Source: the human T2T-CHM13v2.0 reference genome, Homo sapiens
Assembly: GCF_009914755.1 (NCBI RefSeq)
Contig: NC_060931.1
Reading direction: 5' to 3' (one strand)
Length of the DNA stretch: 64,000 nucleotides
The notes beneath the pieces were generated by a model. It saw only the letters and a program-made list of their open reading frames with translations. It had not been told where the DNA came from and ran no database searches. The stretch's first letter is position 1. Every line of letters starts with the position of its first letter. Position numbers and translations under genes: made by a program. This document shows, in pieces, positions 11,946-26,681 of the stretch.

Positions 11946-14900
11946 TCTCGCAGTTGAACTGCCTTGTGGGCAGGTGAGTAAAGTTAGAAAAACAAAACCT
12001 CTCGATTAATTCTGGCAGAACCCAGGGCATTCTCTCTCCATGGAGAATCCCTGGTGTAGGCTGTAAATCTCAGCATCAGAGCATCAAAAGATCAATTATA
12101 GGGATTTAGAAACTTCTGCATTTCCATGTAGCCTATTTTCAAAAAATACAGGCAAAATTTACTACATATTGAAACCATGACAATTTACTCAATTTTACTG
12201 TCTCATTTTTAAGTATTTATTTTAATGGTTGTATACACATAGTAGGTGTATATATATGAGGTACATGAGATATTTTGATACAGGCATACAATGTGTATGA
12301 ATCACATCAGAGTAAATGGAGTATTCTTCTCTCCAAGCATTTATCCTTTCTTTGCGTTACAAACAATCCAATTATACTTTTAGTTATTTTAAAATGTACA
12401 ATAAATTATTGTTCCCTTTAGTCACCTTGTTGTGCTATCCAATAGTAGATCTTATTCATTCTGTCTAACTGTATTTTTGTGCGCATTAACCAACCCCATT
12501 CCCCAGCTCACTACCCCTTCCAGCCTCTGGTAACCATCATGATACCGTCTATGTCCATGAGTTCCATTGTTTTAAGTTTTTAGCTCCCACAAATAAGTGA
12601 GAACATACAAAGTTTGTGTTTCTGTACCTGGCTTATTTCACTTAATGCAATGACCTCCTGTTCCATTCATGTTGTTGCAAATGACAGAATCTAATTATTT
12701 TTTATGACTGAATAGTACCCCACTGTGTATATGGACCACATTGTCTTTGTCTATTAATCTGTTGATGAAAACTTAGGTTGTTTCCAAATCCTAGCTATGA
12801 TGAAGAGTAATGCAATAAACATGAGAGTGCAGGTATCTCTTTGATATATTGATTTCCTTTCTTTTTAGTATCTAGCAGTGAGATTGCTAGATGGTATGGT
12901 AGTTCTATATTTAATTTTTTGAGGAAACTCCAAACTGTTCTTCATAGTGGTTGCACTAATTTACATTCCCACCAAGAGTGTACAAGGATTCCATTTTTCT
13001 CCACATTGTCTCCAGCATTCATTATTGCCTGTCTTTTGGATATTAGCCATTTTAACTGGGGTGAAATATATCACATTGTAGTTGTGATTGCTATTTCTCT
13101 GATTATTAATGATGTTGAGCATATTTTCATTTGCCTGTTTGCCATGGTCTTCTTTTGAGAAATGTCTATTCAGATCTTTTGTCCATTTCTAAATTGGATT
13201 ATTAGATTTTTTTCTATAGAGTTATTTGTCTCCTTCTATATTCTGATTAATAATACCTTGTCAGGTGGTAGTTTGCAAATATTTTCTTCCATTCTGTGAT
13301 GTGCCTTTTCATTTTGTTGATTGTTTACTTTGTTGTGAAGAAGTTTTTTAACTTGATATGATCCCATTTGTCTATTTTTGCTTCGGTTGCCTGTGCCTGT
13401 GGAGTATTAATCAAGAAATCTTTGCCCAGTGCAATGTTCTAGCAAGTTTCTCCAATGTCTTCTTTTAGTGGTTCTATAGTGCGAGGTCTTCAGTATAAGT
13501 CCATTTTAATCCATTTGTTTCAACCCATTAGTTTTAATCCATTGTGATTGGATCTTTGTATATAGTCAGAGATAGTGGCCTAGTTTCGTTCTTCTGCATA
13601 TGCATATCCCGATTTTCCAGCAGCATTTATTGAAAAGACTGTTCTTTCCTCAATGTATATTCTTGGCACCTTTATTGAAAATGAGTTCACTTTAGATGTA
13701 TGGATTTGTCTCTAGGTTCTATATGCTGTTCCACTAATCTATGTGTATGTCTATGCCAGTAACATGCCATTTTGTTTACTATGGCTCTGTAGTATAATTT
13801 ATAATCAGATAATGTGATTCCTGCAGTTTTATTCTTTTTGTTTAGGAAAACTTTGGTTATTCTGGGTCTTTTGTGGTTTCATATAAATTTTACAGTATTT
13901 TTTCTATTTCTGTAAAGACTGTCATTGGTATTTTGATAAGAATTGCATTAAACCTTTAGATTGTTTTGGGTGGAATAGACATTTTAACAATATTGATTCT
14001 TCCAATGCATGAACATGGAATACCTTTTGATTTTATTGTGTCTTCATCAATTTTTGAATCAATGTTTTATTGTTTTCATTATAGACATCTTTCATTTCTT
14101 AAGTTTATTCCTAGGTATTTTATTAGCAACTATTGTAAATGAGATTACTTTCTTAAATTTTTCAGATTATCATTTACTGGCATATAAAATGTTACTGATT
14201 TTTGTATGTTGAATTTGTATGCTGAAACTTTACTGAATTTGTTATCAGTTCTAATATTTTTTGGTGGAGCCTAGCTTTTTCCAAATATAAGTTTATGTAA
14301 TCTGTGAACAAGGATAATTTGACTTCTTCCTTTCTAATTTGGATGCCCTTTATTTCTTCCTCTTGTCTGATTGCTCTAGTTAGGACTTCCAATAGTATGT
14401 TGAATAGTAGTGGTAGAAGTGGATATCCTTGTCTTTTTCCAGATCCAAGAGAAAATTCTTTCAGCATCTCCTCATTTGGTATGATACTAGCTGTGAGTCT
14501 GTCACATGTGGCTTTTACTGTGTTTAGTTATTTTTTGTACTCATTTTTTGAGGGTGTTTATTGTGATGAGATGTTGAATTTTATCAGACGCTTTTTCAGA
14601 ATCAATTGAAATGATCATATGGTATTTGTCCTTTATTCTGTTGATATGATGTGTCACACTGATTGCTTTGTATACGCCGAACCATCCTAGCATCCCAGGG
14701 ATAAATCTCACTAAGTTGTAATGAATGATCTTCTTAATGTGTTGTTGAATTCAGTTTGCTAGTAGTTTGTTGAAATTTTTTCCATCAATCTTTATCAGGG
14801 ATATAGGTCTGTAGTTTTCTTGGTTTGATGGGTCTTTGCCTGGATTTGGTATGAGGGTGATAATGTCCTCAGAGAATGAATTTGGAAGCATTCCATCCTC

Positions 14901-15081
14901 CTGTATTTTTTTGGAATAGTTTAAGTAGGATTAGAATTCATTCTTTGGTTAAATTCAGCAGTGAAGCCATAGGATTCTGGGTTTTCTTTGCTGGGAGTCT
15001 TTTTATTTTGGCTTTGATCTCATAGCTTGTTATTAGTATGTTCAGGTTTTTATTTTCTTTATGATTCAATCTTGGTAGGTT

Positions 15082-16829
15082 TCCCATTTCAAACTACACT
15101 ACAAGACTACAGTAACCAAAACAGTGTGATACTGGTAAAAAAAGAACAGATGCATAGACCAATGAAACAGGTTAGAGAACTCAGAAATAAAACCACAGAT
15201 ATACAACCATCTGATCTTCAACAAAGCTGACAAAAACAAGCAAAAAGGAAAGAAACTTCTATTCAATAAATGGTGCTGGGATAACTGGCCAGCCATATGC
15301 AGAAGATTGAGTGTGAACCCCTTCTTTTTGCCATACACAAAAATAAACACAAGATGGATTAAAGACTTAAATGTGAAACCTAAAAGTATAAAAACTGTAC
15401 AAGAAGATCTAAGAAATACCGTTCTAGACATAGGCCCTGGTAAAGATTGTATGACAGAGATGCCAAAAGCAATTGCAACAAAAGCAAATATTGACAAGTG
15501 GAACCTAATTAAAGAGCTTCTGCACAGTAAAAGAAACTATCAACAGAGTAAACAGACAACCTATAGAATGGGAGATAATATTTGTTAACTATGCATCTGA
15601 CAAAAGTCTAATATCTAGACTCTATAAGAAGCTTAAACTAATATGCAAAAACAAGTAACCCCATTAAAAATAAGCAAAGGTCATGAATAGACACTTCTTA
15701 AAAGAAGACATACACACAGCCAAGTATATGAAAAAATGCTCTAGATCACACATTATTGGAGAAATGCAAACTAAAACCACAGTGAGATATCATCTCACAC
15801 CATTCACAATGGCTATTACTAAAAAGTAAATCATCAGTCTCAGTAAACTATCCCAAGAACAAAAAACCAAACACCACATATTCTCACTCATAGGTGGGAA
15901 CTGAACAATGAGAACACATGGACCACATGGACACAGGAAGGGGAACATCACACTCTGGGGACTGTTGTGGGGTGGGGGCAGGGGGGAGGGATAGCTTTAG
16001 GAGATCTACCTAATGCTAAATGACGAGTTAATGGGTGCAGCACACCAGCATGGCACATGTATACATATGTAACTAACCTGCACATTGTGCACATGTACCC
16101 TAAAATTTAAAGTATAATAATAATAAAATTAAAAAATAAATAAATAAATAAAAAGTAAATAAATAACACATGCTATGAGGTTGCAGATAAAAAGAAATGC
16201 TTATACGCTATTGTTGGGAATATAAATTAGTTCAGCTATTGTGAAAAGCAGTTTAGAGATTTCTTGAATAACTTAAAACAGAGCAACTATTTGACCCAGC
16301 AATCCCATTACTAGGTATGTCTCCAAAGGAAAATAAATTATTCCACTAAAATATATATGACTTTGGATGTTCATTCCACCACTATCACAATAGCAAAGAC
16401 ATGGAATCAACCTAGATGCCCATCATTTGTGGACTGAATAAAGAAAATGTGGTGCATATACACCATGGACTACTACACAGCCATAAAAAAGAATAAAATC
16501 ATGTCTTCTGCAGCAACATGGATGCATTTTCAATGAAGGCCATTATCCTAAGCAAACTAACACAGAAACAGAAAACCAAATACCACATGTTCTCACATAT
16601 AAACAGGGAAACATTCAGTGCACATGGATACAAGGAAGGGAATAATAGACACCAGGGCCTACTTGAGGGTGTAAGGTGGGAAGAGGGTAAGGATTGAAAA
16701 AGTATCAAGTACCATGCTTATCACCTGGGTGATGAAATAACCTCTCCATAAAGCATCCACAAAATGCAATTTACCCATGTAGCAGACATGCATATTTCTC
16801 CCCTGAACCTAAAAGTTGGAAAGAAACAA
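15082..16829 (+). mobile_element. 5'-truncated older L1PA (L1PA13-16-like), antisense to the host L1MA
   Basis: ORF2 C-terminal peptide [21 protein letters not shown] and an L1PA 3'UTR. TSD CAATCTTGGTAGGTT (15067-15081) / CAATCTTGATAGATT (16830-16844). Confidence 0.92.
15832..16149 (+). mobile_element. Young 5'-truncated L1PA3-like 3' end nested in the older L1PA
   Basis: TAATGCTAAATGACGAGTTAATGGGTGCAGCACACCAGCATGG, G-rich tract and A-tail. Perfect TSD AAAAAGTAAAT at 15821-15831 and 16150-16160. Confidence 0.92.
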
Positions 16830-19800
16830 CAATCTTGATAGATTGTATGTGTCTAGGAATTTATTCATTTTTTCCGGGCTTTCCAATTCATTGGGCATAT
16901 AGTTTCTCATAGTAGCCTCTAAAGATCCTTTGAATTTCTGCAGTACCAGTTGTAATGTCAGCTTTTTCATCATTGATTTATTTGGGTCTTCACCCTTTCT
17001 TTCTCATTGAGTCAGACTAAAGATTTATTTATTTTGTTTCTCTTTAAAAAACAATTATTATTTTGTTGATTTTTAATTATTTTTATTTCAATTTCATCTA
17101 TTTTTGCTCCAATATGTATTACTTCTTTTCTTCTACTAATTTGGGGTGTGGTTTGCTCTTTGTTTTCTAGTTCTTTAATATGCATCATTAGGTTTTTTAT
17201 TTGAAGTTTTTTGTTTTTGTTTTTGTGGTGTAGACACTTATTGCTATAATTTTCCTCCCTTAGTACTGCTTTCACTATATCCATAGGTTTTTGTATGTTG
17301 TGTATCCATTTTCATTTGCTGCAAGACATTTTAACTTTTCTTCTCAATTTATTCATTGACCTACTGGTCATTCAGGAGCATATTGTTTAATTTCCACATA
17401 TTTGTATACTTTTCCAAATTCCTATTGTTATTGATTCCTAGTTATATTCCATCGTGGTCAGAGAAGCTGCTTGATTTTATTTCAATTTTTTGAATATTTT
17501 AAGACTTGTTTTGGGATGTTAACATTGGACTATACTTGAGAAGAATTTATGTGCTAAGGAGAACAATGTGTATTCTACAGCTGTTGGATGAAATGTTCTG
17601 TAAATATCTATTAGGTCCATTTGTTCTATAGTGAAGATTAAGTCCGGCATTTCTTTATTGATTTTCTGTCTGAGAGGTCTGTCCTATTCTGAAAGGAGAT
17701 GTTGAAGTCTCCAGCTATTATTGTATTAGAGTCCCTCTATTTAGTTCTAAAAATATTTGCTTTGTATATCTAAGTGCTCAGTGTCGGGTGCATATATATT
17801 TAGAATTGTTATATCCTCTTCCTGAATTGACCCCTTTATCATTCTGTAATGATCTGCTTTGCCTCATTTTACAGTGTTTGTCCTGAAATCTATTTTGTCT
17901 AATATAAATATAGCTACTCCTGCTCTTTTTGGGTTTCTATTTATATAGAATATATTTTTCCATACACTATTTTTAGTCTATGAATGTCTTTATAGGTGAA
18001 ATATGTTTTGCATAGGCGCAGATCATGGGGTCTTTTTATTTTACTTATTCACCCACTGTATGTCTTTTGATTGGTGAGTTTAGTCCTTTTACATTTAATG
18101 TTGTTACTGATAAGTAAAGACTTATGACTGCCATTTTGTTATTTGCTATCTAGATGTTTTGTTGTCTTCTCTTCCTTCTTTCCTTCTTTCCTGTCTTCCT
18201 TTTAGTGAAGGTGATTTTCTCAGGTAGTATGTTTTAATTGTTTGCTTTTTATTTTTTTTGTGTATCTGTTGTAAGTTTTTCTATTTCATGTTACTGTGTT
18301 TTTTAACTTTTTTCAACTTAATGCTGATTAAATAAACAAGCAAACTACATACAAGTAAAAAAAACTAATAACAACTCTACACTTTAACTTCATCCCCCCA
18401 CTTTTTAACTCTTTAACATTTTGGGGTCACTATGTATATTTTATTATACTGTCTATGTCTCAAAAAGTTGTTGTAGTTATTATTTTTGGTAGGTTTGTCT
18501 TTTAGTCTTTCTATTCAAGATATAAGTAGTTCACATACCACAATAGTGAATTTGTGATATTCTGTGTTTTTCTTTGTATTTATTGTTACCAGTGAGATTT
18601 GTACCTTCAGATGATTTCTTATTAGTCAATAATGTCCTGTGTTTCAGATCAAAGAACTCCCTTTAGGATTTTTTGAAGGACAAATCTGGTGTTGATAAAA
18701 TCCCTCAGCTTTTGTTTGTCTGGAAAAGTCTTTATTTGTCCTACAACTTTGAAGGATATTTTCTCTAGATACATTACTCTAGGATAAAAGCTTTTCCCTT
18801 CAACACTTTAAGTCCATTATGCCAATCTCTCCTGGTCTATAAGATTTCCACTGAGAAATCTACTATCAGATGTATTGGAGGGCCTTTGTATGTTATTTGT
18901 TCCTTTTCTCTTTCTGCTTTTAGGATTCTTTCTTTATCCCTGACCTTTGGGAGTTTGATTATTGAATATCTTGAGGTATTCTTATTTGGGTTAAAAATAA
19001 GAACTACTTGGTGTTCCATAACCTTTTTGTACTTGAATATTGATATCTTTTCTAGATTTAGGAAGTTCTCTGTTATTATCCCTTTTAATAAACTTTCTTC
19101 CCTGATCTATCTCTCTATCCCCTCTTTAAGGCTAATAACGCTTAGATTTGTCCATTTGAGGCTATTTTCTAGATGCTGTAATTGTCCTTCATTGTTTTTG
19201 TTTCTTTTGTCTCCTCTGACTGGGTATTTTCAACTAGCATGTCTTTCAGCTTACTAATACTTATTCTGCTTGATCAAGGGTGCTGTTGAGAGATTCTGAC
19301 ACTTTCTTCAGTGTCTGTTAAATTGTTTAGCTCTAGAATTTCCACTTGATTCTTTTAATTATTTTAATTTCTTTGTTGAATTTATCTGATATGATTCTGA
19401 ATTCCTTCTCTGTGTTGTCTTGGATTTTGTTGAGCTTCCTCAAAATAGCTATTTTGATTTCTCTATCTGAATGATCACATATCTCTCTCTCTCCAGAATT
19501 TGTGACTGCTACTCTATTTAGTTAATGTGGTGAGGTCATGTTTTCTTGGATGGTCATGATGCTGGTGGATGTTAGTAAGTGTCTGGAAATTGAATTTAGG
19601 CATTTATTTTAGTCTTCACAGCCTGGGTTTGCTTGTACTTGTTCTTCCTGGGAAGGCTTTCCAAGTATTCCAGGGCACATGGGTCTTTTGATCTACACCT
19701 TTTGTCACTGCACCCATATCTATTTTAGTGGCCACCCCAAGCCCAGTAATGATGTGGCTCTTGCAGACTCATAGAGCTACCACCTTAGTGGTCTTGAGGA

Positions 19801-22756
19801 AGGTCTGTAAAAATTATGTAGATTGTCAGGCAGAGACTCTTGTACTTTCCCCTTACATTCCTTCAAACAAATGGATTCTTTCTCTTTCTGTGCTGAGCTG
19901 CTTGGATCTTGAGGAGAGGTGACACAAGCAACACTGTGGCCAGCACCACTGAGACTGTGTTGGGTCAGACCCAAAGCAACCAGAACAGTGGTTCTCACCC
20001 AAGGCCTGCAATGAATACTGCCTGGCTTGCCTATATTCACTCAGGGCCTTAAGGCTCTATAGTCATCAGATGGTGAATCTAGTCAGGCTTGTGTCCTTCC
20101 CTTCAAGGCAGCTAGTCCCCACCCAGCCCCTGGTACATCTGGGGATGCTGCCTGGGAGCCAGGGCCTGGAGTCAGAAATCTTAGAGATCTATTTGGTGCT
20201 TTCTTCTACTGCAGCTGAGCTGGCACCCAAGTGGCAAGACAAAGTGCTTCCCACTGTTCCTTTCCCCTTCCTTAAGCAGAGGAGTCTCTCCCTGTGGTTA
20301 CCAGGCCCACAGAGAGTACTGCCTGGCTATGTCCAATGTTTGCTCAAGGCCCAAGTCTCTTTAGTTAGCTTGTGGTAAATGCTGCCAGTTATGAGACTCT
20401 TTCTTCAGGGCGGTGAGCTCCCCTCTGGCTCAGGGTGGGTCCATAAATGTCCAGGAGCCAAGGCCTGCAATCGGGGACCCCAGGAACCTACTTGGTGCTC
20501 TACCCCACTGTGGCTGAGCTGGTACCGAAGCTGCAAAATAAAGTTTTCTCTTCTCTCTCCTTTCCTCAGGCAGAGGGGTTCTCTCCCCTTGGCTACCATA
20601 GCTGGGAATATTCTGGGTCACACATGAAGCCAGCATGGCTCTGAATCTTACCCAAGGGACACAGTGAGTACTGCCTGGCTACCATGGCTGATTATTCAAG
20701 GCAGGTGATGATTCTGTCAGGACTGGATCTTTCCCTAAAAAGCAATGGGTTCCTTTCTGGCCCAGGGTACATTTGGAGATGTTGAACAGGAACTAGGGCC
20801 TGAGATAGGGGCCTCAGGAATGTGCCTGGCACCCTATTTACTATGGCTGAGCTGGTATCCAACCTGCAAGACAAAGACCTCTTTACCCTTCTCTGTCCTT
20901 CCCTCAAGCAGAAGGGCAAAGTCTCTCCTGGAGCTGCGAGCTGTGCTGCCTGCAGTTGGGGAAAGGTGGAGCATAAACATTCCCTTGGTCACGCTGGCTG
21001 GTGTTTCACTGGGTCATGTGCCGTCAGTCCACTGGCTCTGTGTATATCATAGCATGAGGACTTGCACAGGAATTGCAGTCCTTATGGCCTAGACTGCATT
21101 TCAAGTTTTCAAGTTTATGTAGGACCTGAGAGCACTTTTGCCCACAGTGGTGACGCTGGCTGGAACTCAGGTTCTGACCACTGGGATGGACAATTTGCAT
21201 CTGGATTGAGCTGGCTTAAATGCTCCCTCCATGGGTACAAGATGAATCCTGTCACATGTTGCTTTCCCCTGTGAAAGGGCAGCACTGAGTTTCAATGCAA
21301 AGTCCCACAATCACTGCACTCTCCCTCCCTCAAGCACATAGATTCATGCAGCCATTGACAGGGGATGGAGAAAGGGTAGTGTCAGTAATTCAAGACTGTC
21401 TTTCCTACCCTCTTCAGTTCCTCTTTCCTTGATATAATTTTAAACATATATAATGATCACTCACCTGCTTTTTGCTTCTTATGGAGGTGTTTTTGTGTTG
21501 ATAGTTTTTTAATTTGGTGTTCCTGTGGCAGGGGCAATTGCTGGAAGCTTCTCTTTGGCCATGTTGCTCTGCCTCCTCATTCACCATCTAATTTTTTTTT
21601 AATTGTTACCTTTTTGAACTCCTGACATTATATTATCTGAGAATCTCAGTGTCTGAGATTATTTGTTTTTGCTTCTCTAGTTTTGTCATAATGCATAATG
21701 GGAAAACTGGGAAATATTTCTTGATGGGCAATTAGGAATGTGCCATTCTATGCAAAACCTTAAAACTAGTTTTAATTATTTAAGCTAATAAACGTATCCC
21801 AAATCAAAGAGTAGGTCTTTTTGGAGTTTTCGTTTCCTGATTTAATATTTTCAATGCATTTAAACCAAACAAGAGACATTAGGTATTTTGATTTTAGAAG
21901 GTTTAAACACTTAATAACTAAACCTTATTAAATTGAGGGGCTTTAAATTCTTGCTCCTCTCCATGAAAACATATTCCATATAAGGTAGTTAATAAAGATA
22001 AATGGATTGTTTACTGAAGAAAAACAGAGCACTAACCATAGAGTACTGTAATTAAATTGCCAAACAAATAAAAATATTGAAATGCCAAGCAGTATTCCAA
22101 ATTATTTGTTTTTAAATGTGCATATGATTTGGTAACAAGCAATATAGCCCCATGCTTAATAGCAATTGCATCCTTTTCTGTAAATTTTATGGAATATAAA
22201 TTTAGGGTATAAAAAGACAAAACAGTAAAATAAATAAAAAATACACATTGTATAGGGGAATTGGAAGTTTGCTTTTGGTTAAGAACTTATTTATTAATGA
22301 GATGAACTAAAAACAAATTGAGATTTCAGGAGTGGGAATAGGCATATTTAGAAAAATTTTTCAAATTAAGAGTTTTTTCTTTTTTTAATGGCTTATCTAT
22401 TTTTTTAATTCATGATTAACTTTCTCATTTATTTTAGTCTCCTCCATAAAATGTTTTGATAGAAACATTTTTTAATCTTTCAATTTATATAATTTTAAAA
22501 TGCCTAGTCCAAACCTGTTCCATTTACTAAGATATGTAATTATATATGTGTTACACTAAAATATTGATTGCTATTTAATAACTGGCATACAAGAAAATTG
22601 CACAGAAACTACACAGGAGTTGCATTAAATACACTGGTTAGCATTCCTTACCATGTCGTATATGCCTGTTTGACAGTAGGAGTAGTCTATTCCAATAGTG
22701 GTGATTCTTAAAATTTGTTATATTTTAAGCTTGAAAAAACACTTCTAGAATAATAG

Positions 22757-23125
<369 letters not shown>

Positions 23126-23248
23126 CAAACAACATTTTTCAAAGCATTGAAGATATACAATTAAGGGCAGTTCTTCCTATAGATAGAAACAAACAAGGTG
23201 AGCTTTACTAATGACATGGTATCCTGTCTATAAAGAATTTCCTGCCTG

Positions 23249-23407
23249 GGTGCCTATAATCCCAGCTACTGGGGAGGCTGGTACAGGGGAATCACTTGAA
23301 CCCAGGAGTCAGAGGTTGCAGTGAGCCGAAATAGTGCCGTTGCACTCCAGCCTGGGCGACAAGAGTGAAACTACATCTCAAGAAAAAAACAAAAAAAGAA
23401 GAAGAAG
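23249..23407 (+). mobile_element. 5'-truncated AluS right arm
   Basis: Right-arm sequence with an A/GAA tail. TSD AAGAATTT(C/T)CTGCCTG at 23233-23248 and 23408-23423. Confidence 0.92.
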
Positions 23408-23429
23408 AAGAATTTTCTGCCTGTCTGGC

Positions 23430-25385
23430 AGTGAGAAGAAACCCAGGCAAGCACAGCACTCCCAATGAGTTGAGGAGAGGGGGTTGAGAGTCCATAGGAC
23501 GAGAGGGTAGAGTTCACAGCCAGTATGCCCAGAGGAGGAAGCTGCACAGAAAAAGCAGTCTGCAGATGTGCAGCGGTCCCCCCGAGTCTTCAGCTGAGTC
23601 CTGATCGGTGCCTATGTATGAGGAAACTACCTAACACGTTTTCAGAACTCACAGGGAGCTAAGTATAGTTCCTAGCTCCACAGGCAGAGTGGAAAACCTC
23701 CTGATTCACAGGTTATTTGGTAGAGTTCTCAGAGGGGATTTGCTCAACCACTGGGGAAACGTAGACCCAGAATACATGCTGTTCTGGTCCTGCTTAACAA
23801 AACCTTAAAGTAAGACAGGAAATCACGCTGTTTTAGGTAATTTGACTGTTCCAATAACAAAGCTCAACAGTATTTATAGAAATGCAAAGGTACAGACATG
23901 ACAAGGGAAGTATCACCTGTTTGTGTCTATTCAAACACGACCAGGTATACAAAAAAGCATGGAAATATGACCCACGGTAGAGGGGAAAAATCACCCAATC
24001 AAAACTAGCCCCAAAACACAGATTGCAGAATTAGTAACAATAACACTGAAACAGTTGTTATGACTGTATTCCATATGCACAAGAAGCTAGAGGAAATGAG
24101 AGTCTGTTAAGTAAAACATGGAAATATAAAAAGATGCAATTTGAATTTGAGAGATAAAAACTACAGTATCTGATATGTAATAGAACTGGTGAAATTAACA
24201 GAAGATTAGAAATTGCAGAATAAAAGATTAAGAGACTTGACAGTAGACATAGAAATTATCCAAATTCAGAAAAGAAAAAGGGCTTTAAAATAAATAGTGC
24301 ATCATTGAGCTGTGAAACAAATTTTGAGCAGTTTACTATAAATATAATTGGAATCTCAGAGAGAAGGGGCAGGACAAAAGTTAGAAATGATACTATTAGA
24401 AAAAATAATAGTAAAAAATTTTTCCAAATTTGATGAAAGCTAAATCCACAGATCCAAGAAGCTAAGTGAAGCCTAAATATAGTGATGACAAAAATTATTT
24501 GAAGACACATTATAGTCAAGTTGCTTAAAACCAGGGGTAAATAAATACATAAAAAAGCAGAGAAAAACCAAACAGTGCATACATAAATATGAATAAGGTA
24601 GACTTCTCAGAGGAAATAAGACAAGTCAAAAGTTAGTGAAGCAGTATGTCTAAAACAAAGGAAGAAAAATTTAAAGGAAAATTTTCAAGGAGAAGTAAAA
24701 TGACACCAAATTGAAATCTGGTTATACACAATGGATTAAAGAGTTTAAAGGGGTAATTATATGGATAAATGTATAAGTTTTTCTTATTATGTAAAAATTT
24801 CCTAATGATAAGTGCCTCTTTAAATAAAAAACAGTAATATTCAATTGCAAGTTTTATAATATATATGACATTAATGACAAAATGGATAGTAGAAAAAAAT
24901 GAAAATATAGTTCTGTAAGATTCTTATACTATGCACAAAGTGGTATCATATCATTTGAAAATAGATTATAATAAAAATTTGTAATGTAAGAAAAAGGAAA
25001 TTGAAAGCAGACAATCAAAAACACAAAGAATTATAGCGAATAAGTCAAACAATAAAGAAAAAACAGAACCATAAAATACACTAAATCTAAAATAATGCAT
25101 TAAAAAGTAAAAAAGTAGAGCAGGAACAAATAGGACAAATAGAAAACAGCAAATGACAAATTAATAACCAACCATAACAATAGTTATATTAAATTATCTA
25201 AACTGTTTAATTAATAGGCAATGATCATCAAAACTGATAAAGAAACCAGACCCAAGATAACTCAGCAACTCAATTAAAAATAGGCAAAAGATTTGAGCAG
25301 ATAATAGTTTTCTGTTTATTAAGGAAGAATATGTTACAAATAAGAATTTGAAACGTTGAACGTTATCATAAAAAATTGCAAATTA
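23430..25385 (+). mobile_element. Old L1M (L1MC/MD-like) 5'UTR, ORF1 and ORF2 start, plus a short distal ORF2 piece
   Basis: ORF1-like AAAATTTTTCCAAATTTGATGAAAG...ACAGATCCAAGAAGCT. Distal piece CAATTAAAAATAGGCAAAAGATTTGA. Confidence 0.75.
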
Positions 25386-25430
25386 GGTCGGAAGCCCTGG
25401 CTCATGTCTGTAATCCTAGCACTTTGGGAG
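25386..25430 (+). mobile_element. Alu 5' head fragment (45 bp)
   Basis: TGGCTCATGTCTGTAATCCTAGCACTTTGGGAG, then an abrupt end. Confidence 0.8.
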
Positions 25431-25499
25431 CATAGATGGTATATATAAAGTACTATTGAAAGTAATTCAACATATATGTGCTGATACACATTATTACTG

Positions 25500-25543
25500 T
25501 CTCTCTCTCTCCTCTCTCTCTGTGTGTGTGTGTGTGTGTGTGT
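25500..25543. repeat. (TC)n(TG)n microsatellite
   Basis: Directly visible. Confidence 0.9.
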
Positions 25544-25664
25544 ATGCAAAGTGACAGAACGGAAGAAAGAAGCTAGACTGCAGTGTTTACCACTGCAGAA
25601 GAGCATGTGTATTCAGAAGGAAGAGAGGAATATACTGTTACTTTGTTAGAAGTTTTGTGCCTAC

Positions 25665-25932
25665 TTTTTTTTTCTTTTTGAAACAGAGTCTCGCTCTATT
25701 GCCCAGGCTGGAGTGCAGTGGCAGGATCTCGGCTCACTGCCTCCCTGGTTCAAGCAATTCTCCTGCCTCAGCCTCCTGAGTAGCTGAGACTGCAGGTGTG
25801 TGCCACCACGCCCAGCTAATTTTTGTATTTTTAGTAGAGACGGGATTTCACCAACCGAACTCGTGACCTGTGATCCACCCGCCTCGACCTCCCAAAGTGC
25901 TGGGATTACAGGCGTGAGCCACCGTGCCTGGC
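25665..25932 (-). mobile_element. AluS with small internal deletions
   Basis: Both arms in antisense. TSD TGTGCC(T/C)ACTTTTT. Confidence 0.95.
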
Positions 25933-26317
25933 TGTGCCCACTTTTTAATAATTTTTAAATGTATGGTTTGTAGAGAAAGAGTGGTGCAAATACTGGGAGA
26001 AATGAAGAAATAAATGTGTCATGGTTGCAAAAATTAGAAAAATCATCTTTCTAAAGTCCATTGTTCAAAGAAACAGCAACTATTGCCTTTGTTCTTATCT
26101 TCATGTACAGGTAAGCATCGCTCGTGTTCTGCTCTTGCACCCTGATCTACCTCCCCTTCCTTACCCTAGAGCACCCCCATGCTGGTAAGATATGTGGAGA
26201 TGAAAATGGTAACAAAAGTAGATCTATATGAGGCCGTTATATGTAATCTCTAGGGAGATGCATCTCAAACTTTGTAATTTATTTCATATTATCAACATAT
26301 CATTAAGAATATTTTGA

Positions 26318-26681
<364 letters not shown>

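Larger units (their letters stand above)
12205..21577 (-). mobile_element. Near-full-length L1MA (L1MA2/3-like), decayed, with nested L1PA insertions
   Basis: L1MA-type 3'UTR at 12205-12500. RT fragment at 14192-14467 ([33 protein letters not shown]). ORF1 fragment (RILKAEREKEQITYKG). 5' end GGAGGCAGAGCAACATGGCC at ~21577. Possible degenerate TSD (13/17). Confidence 0.92.

Noticed and set aside
12022-12054. Imperfect hairpin CCAGGGCATTCTC...GAGAATCCCTGG
   Set aside because: A 12-bp bulged stem is plausible by chance in 64 kb and has no supporting context.
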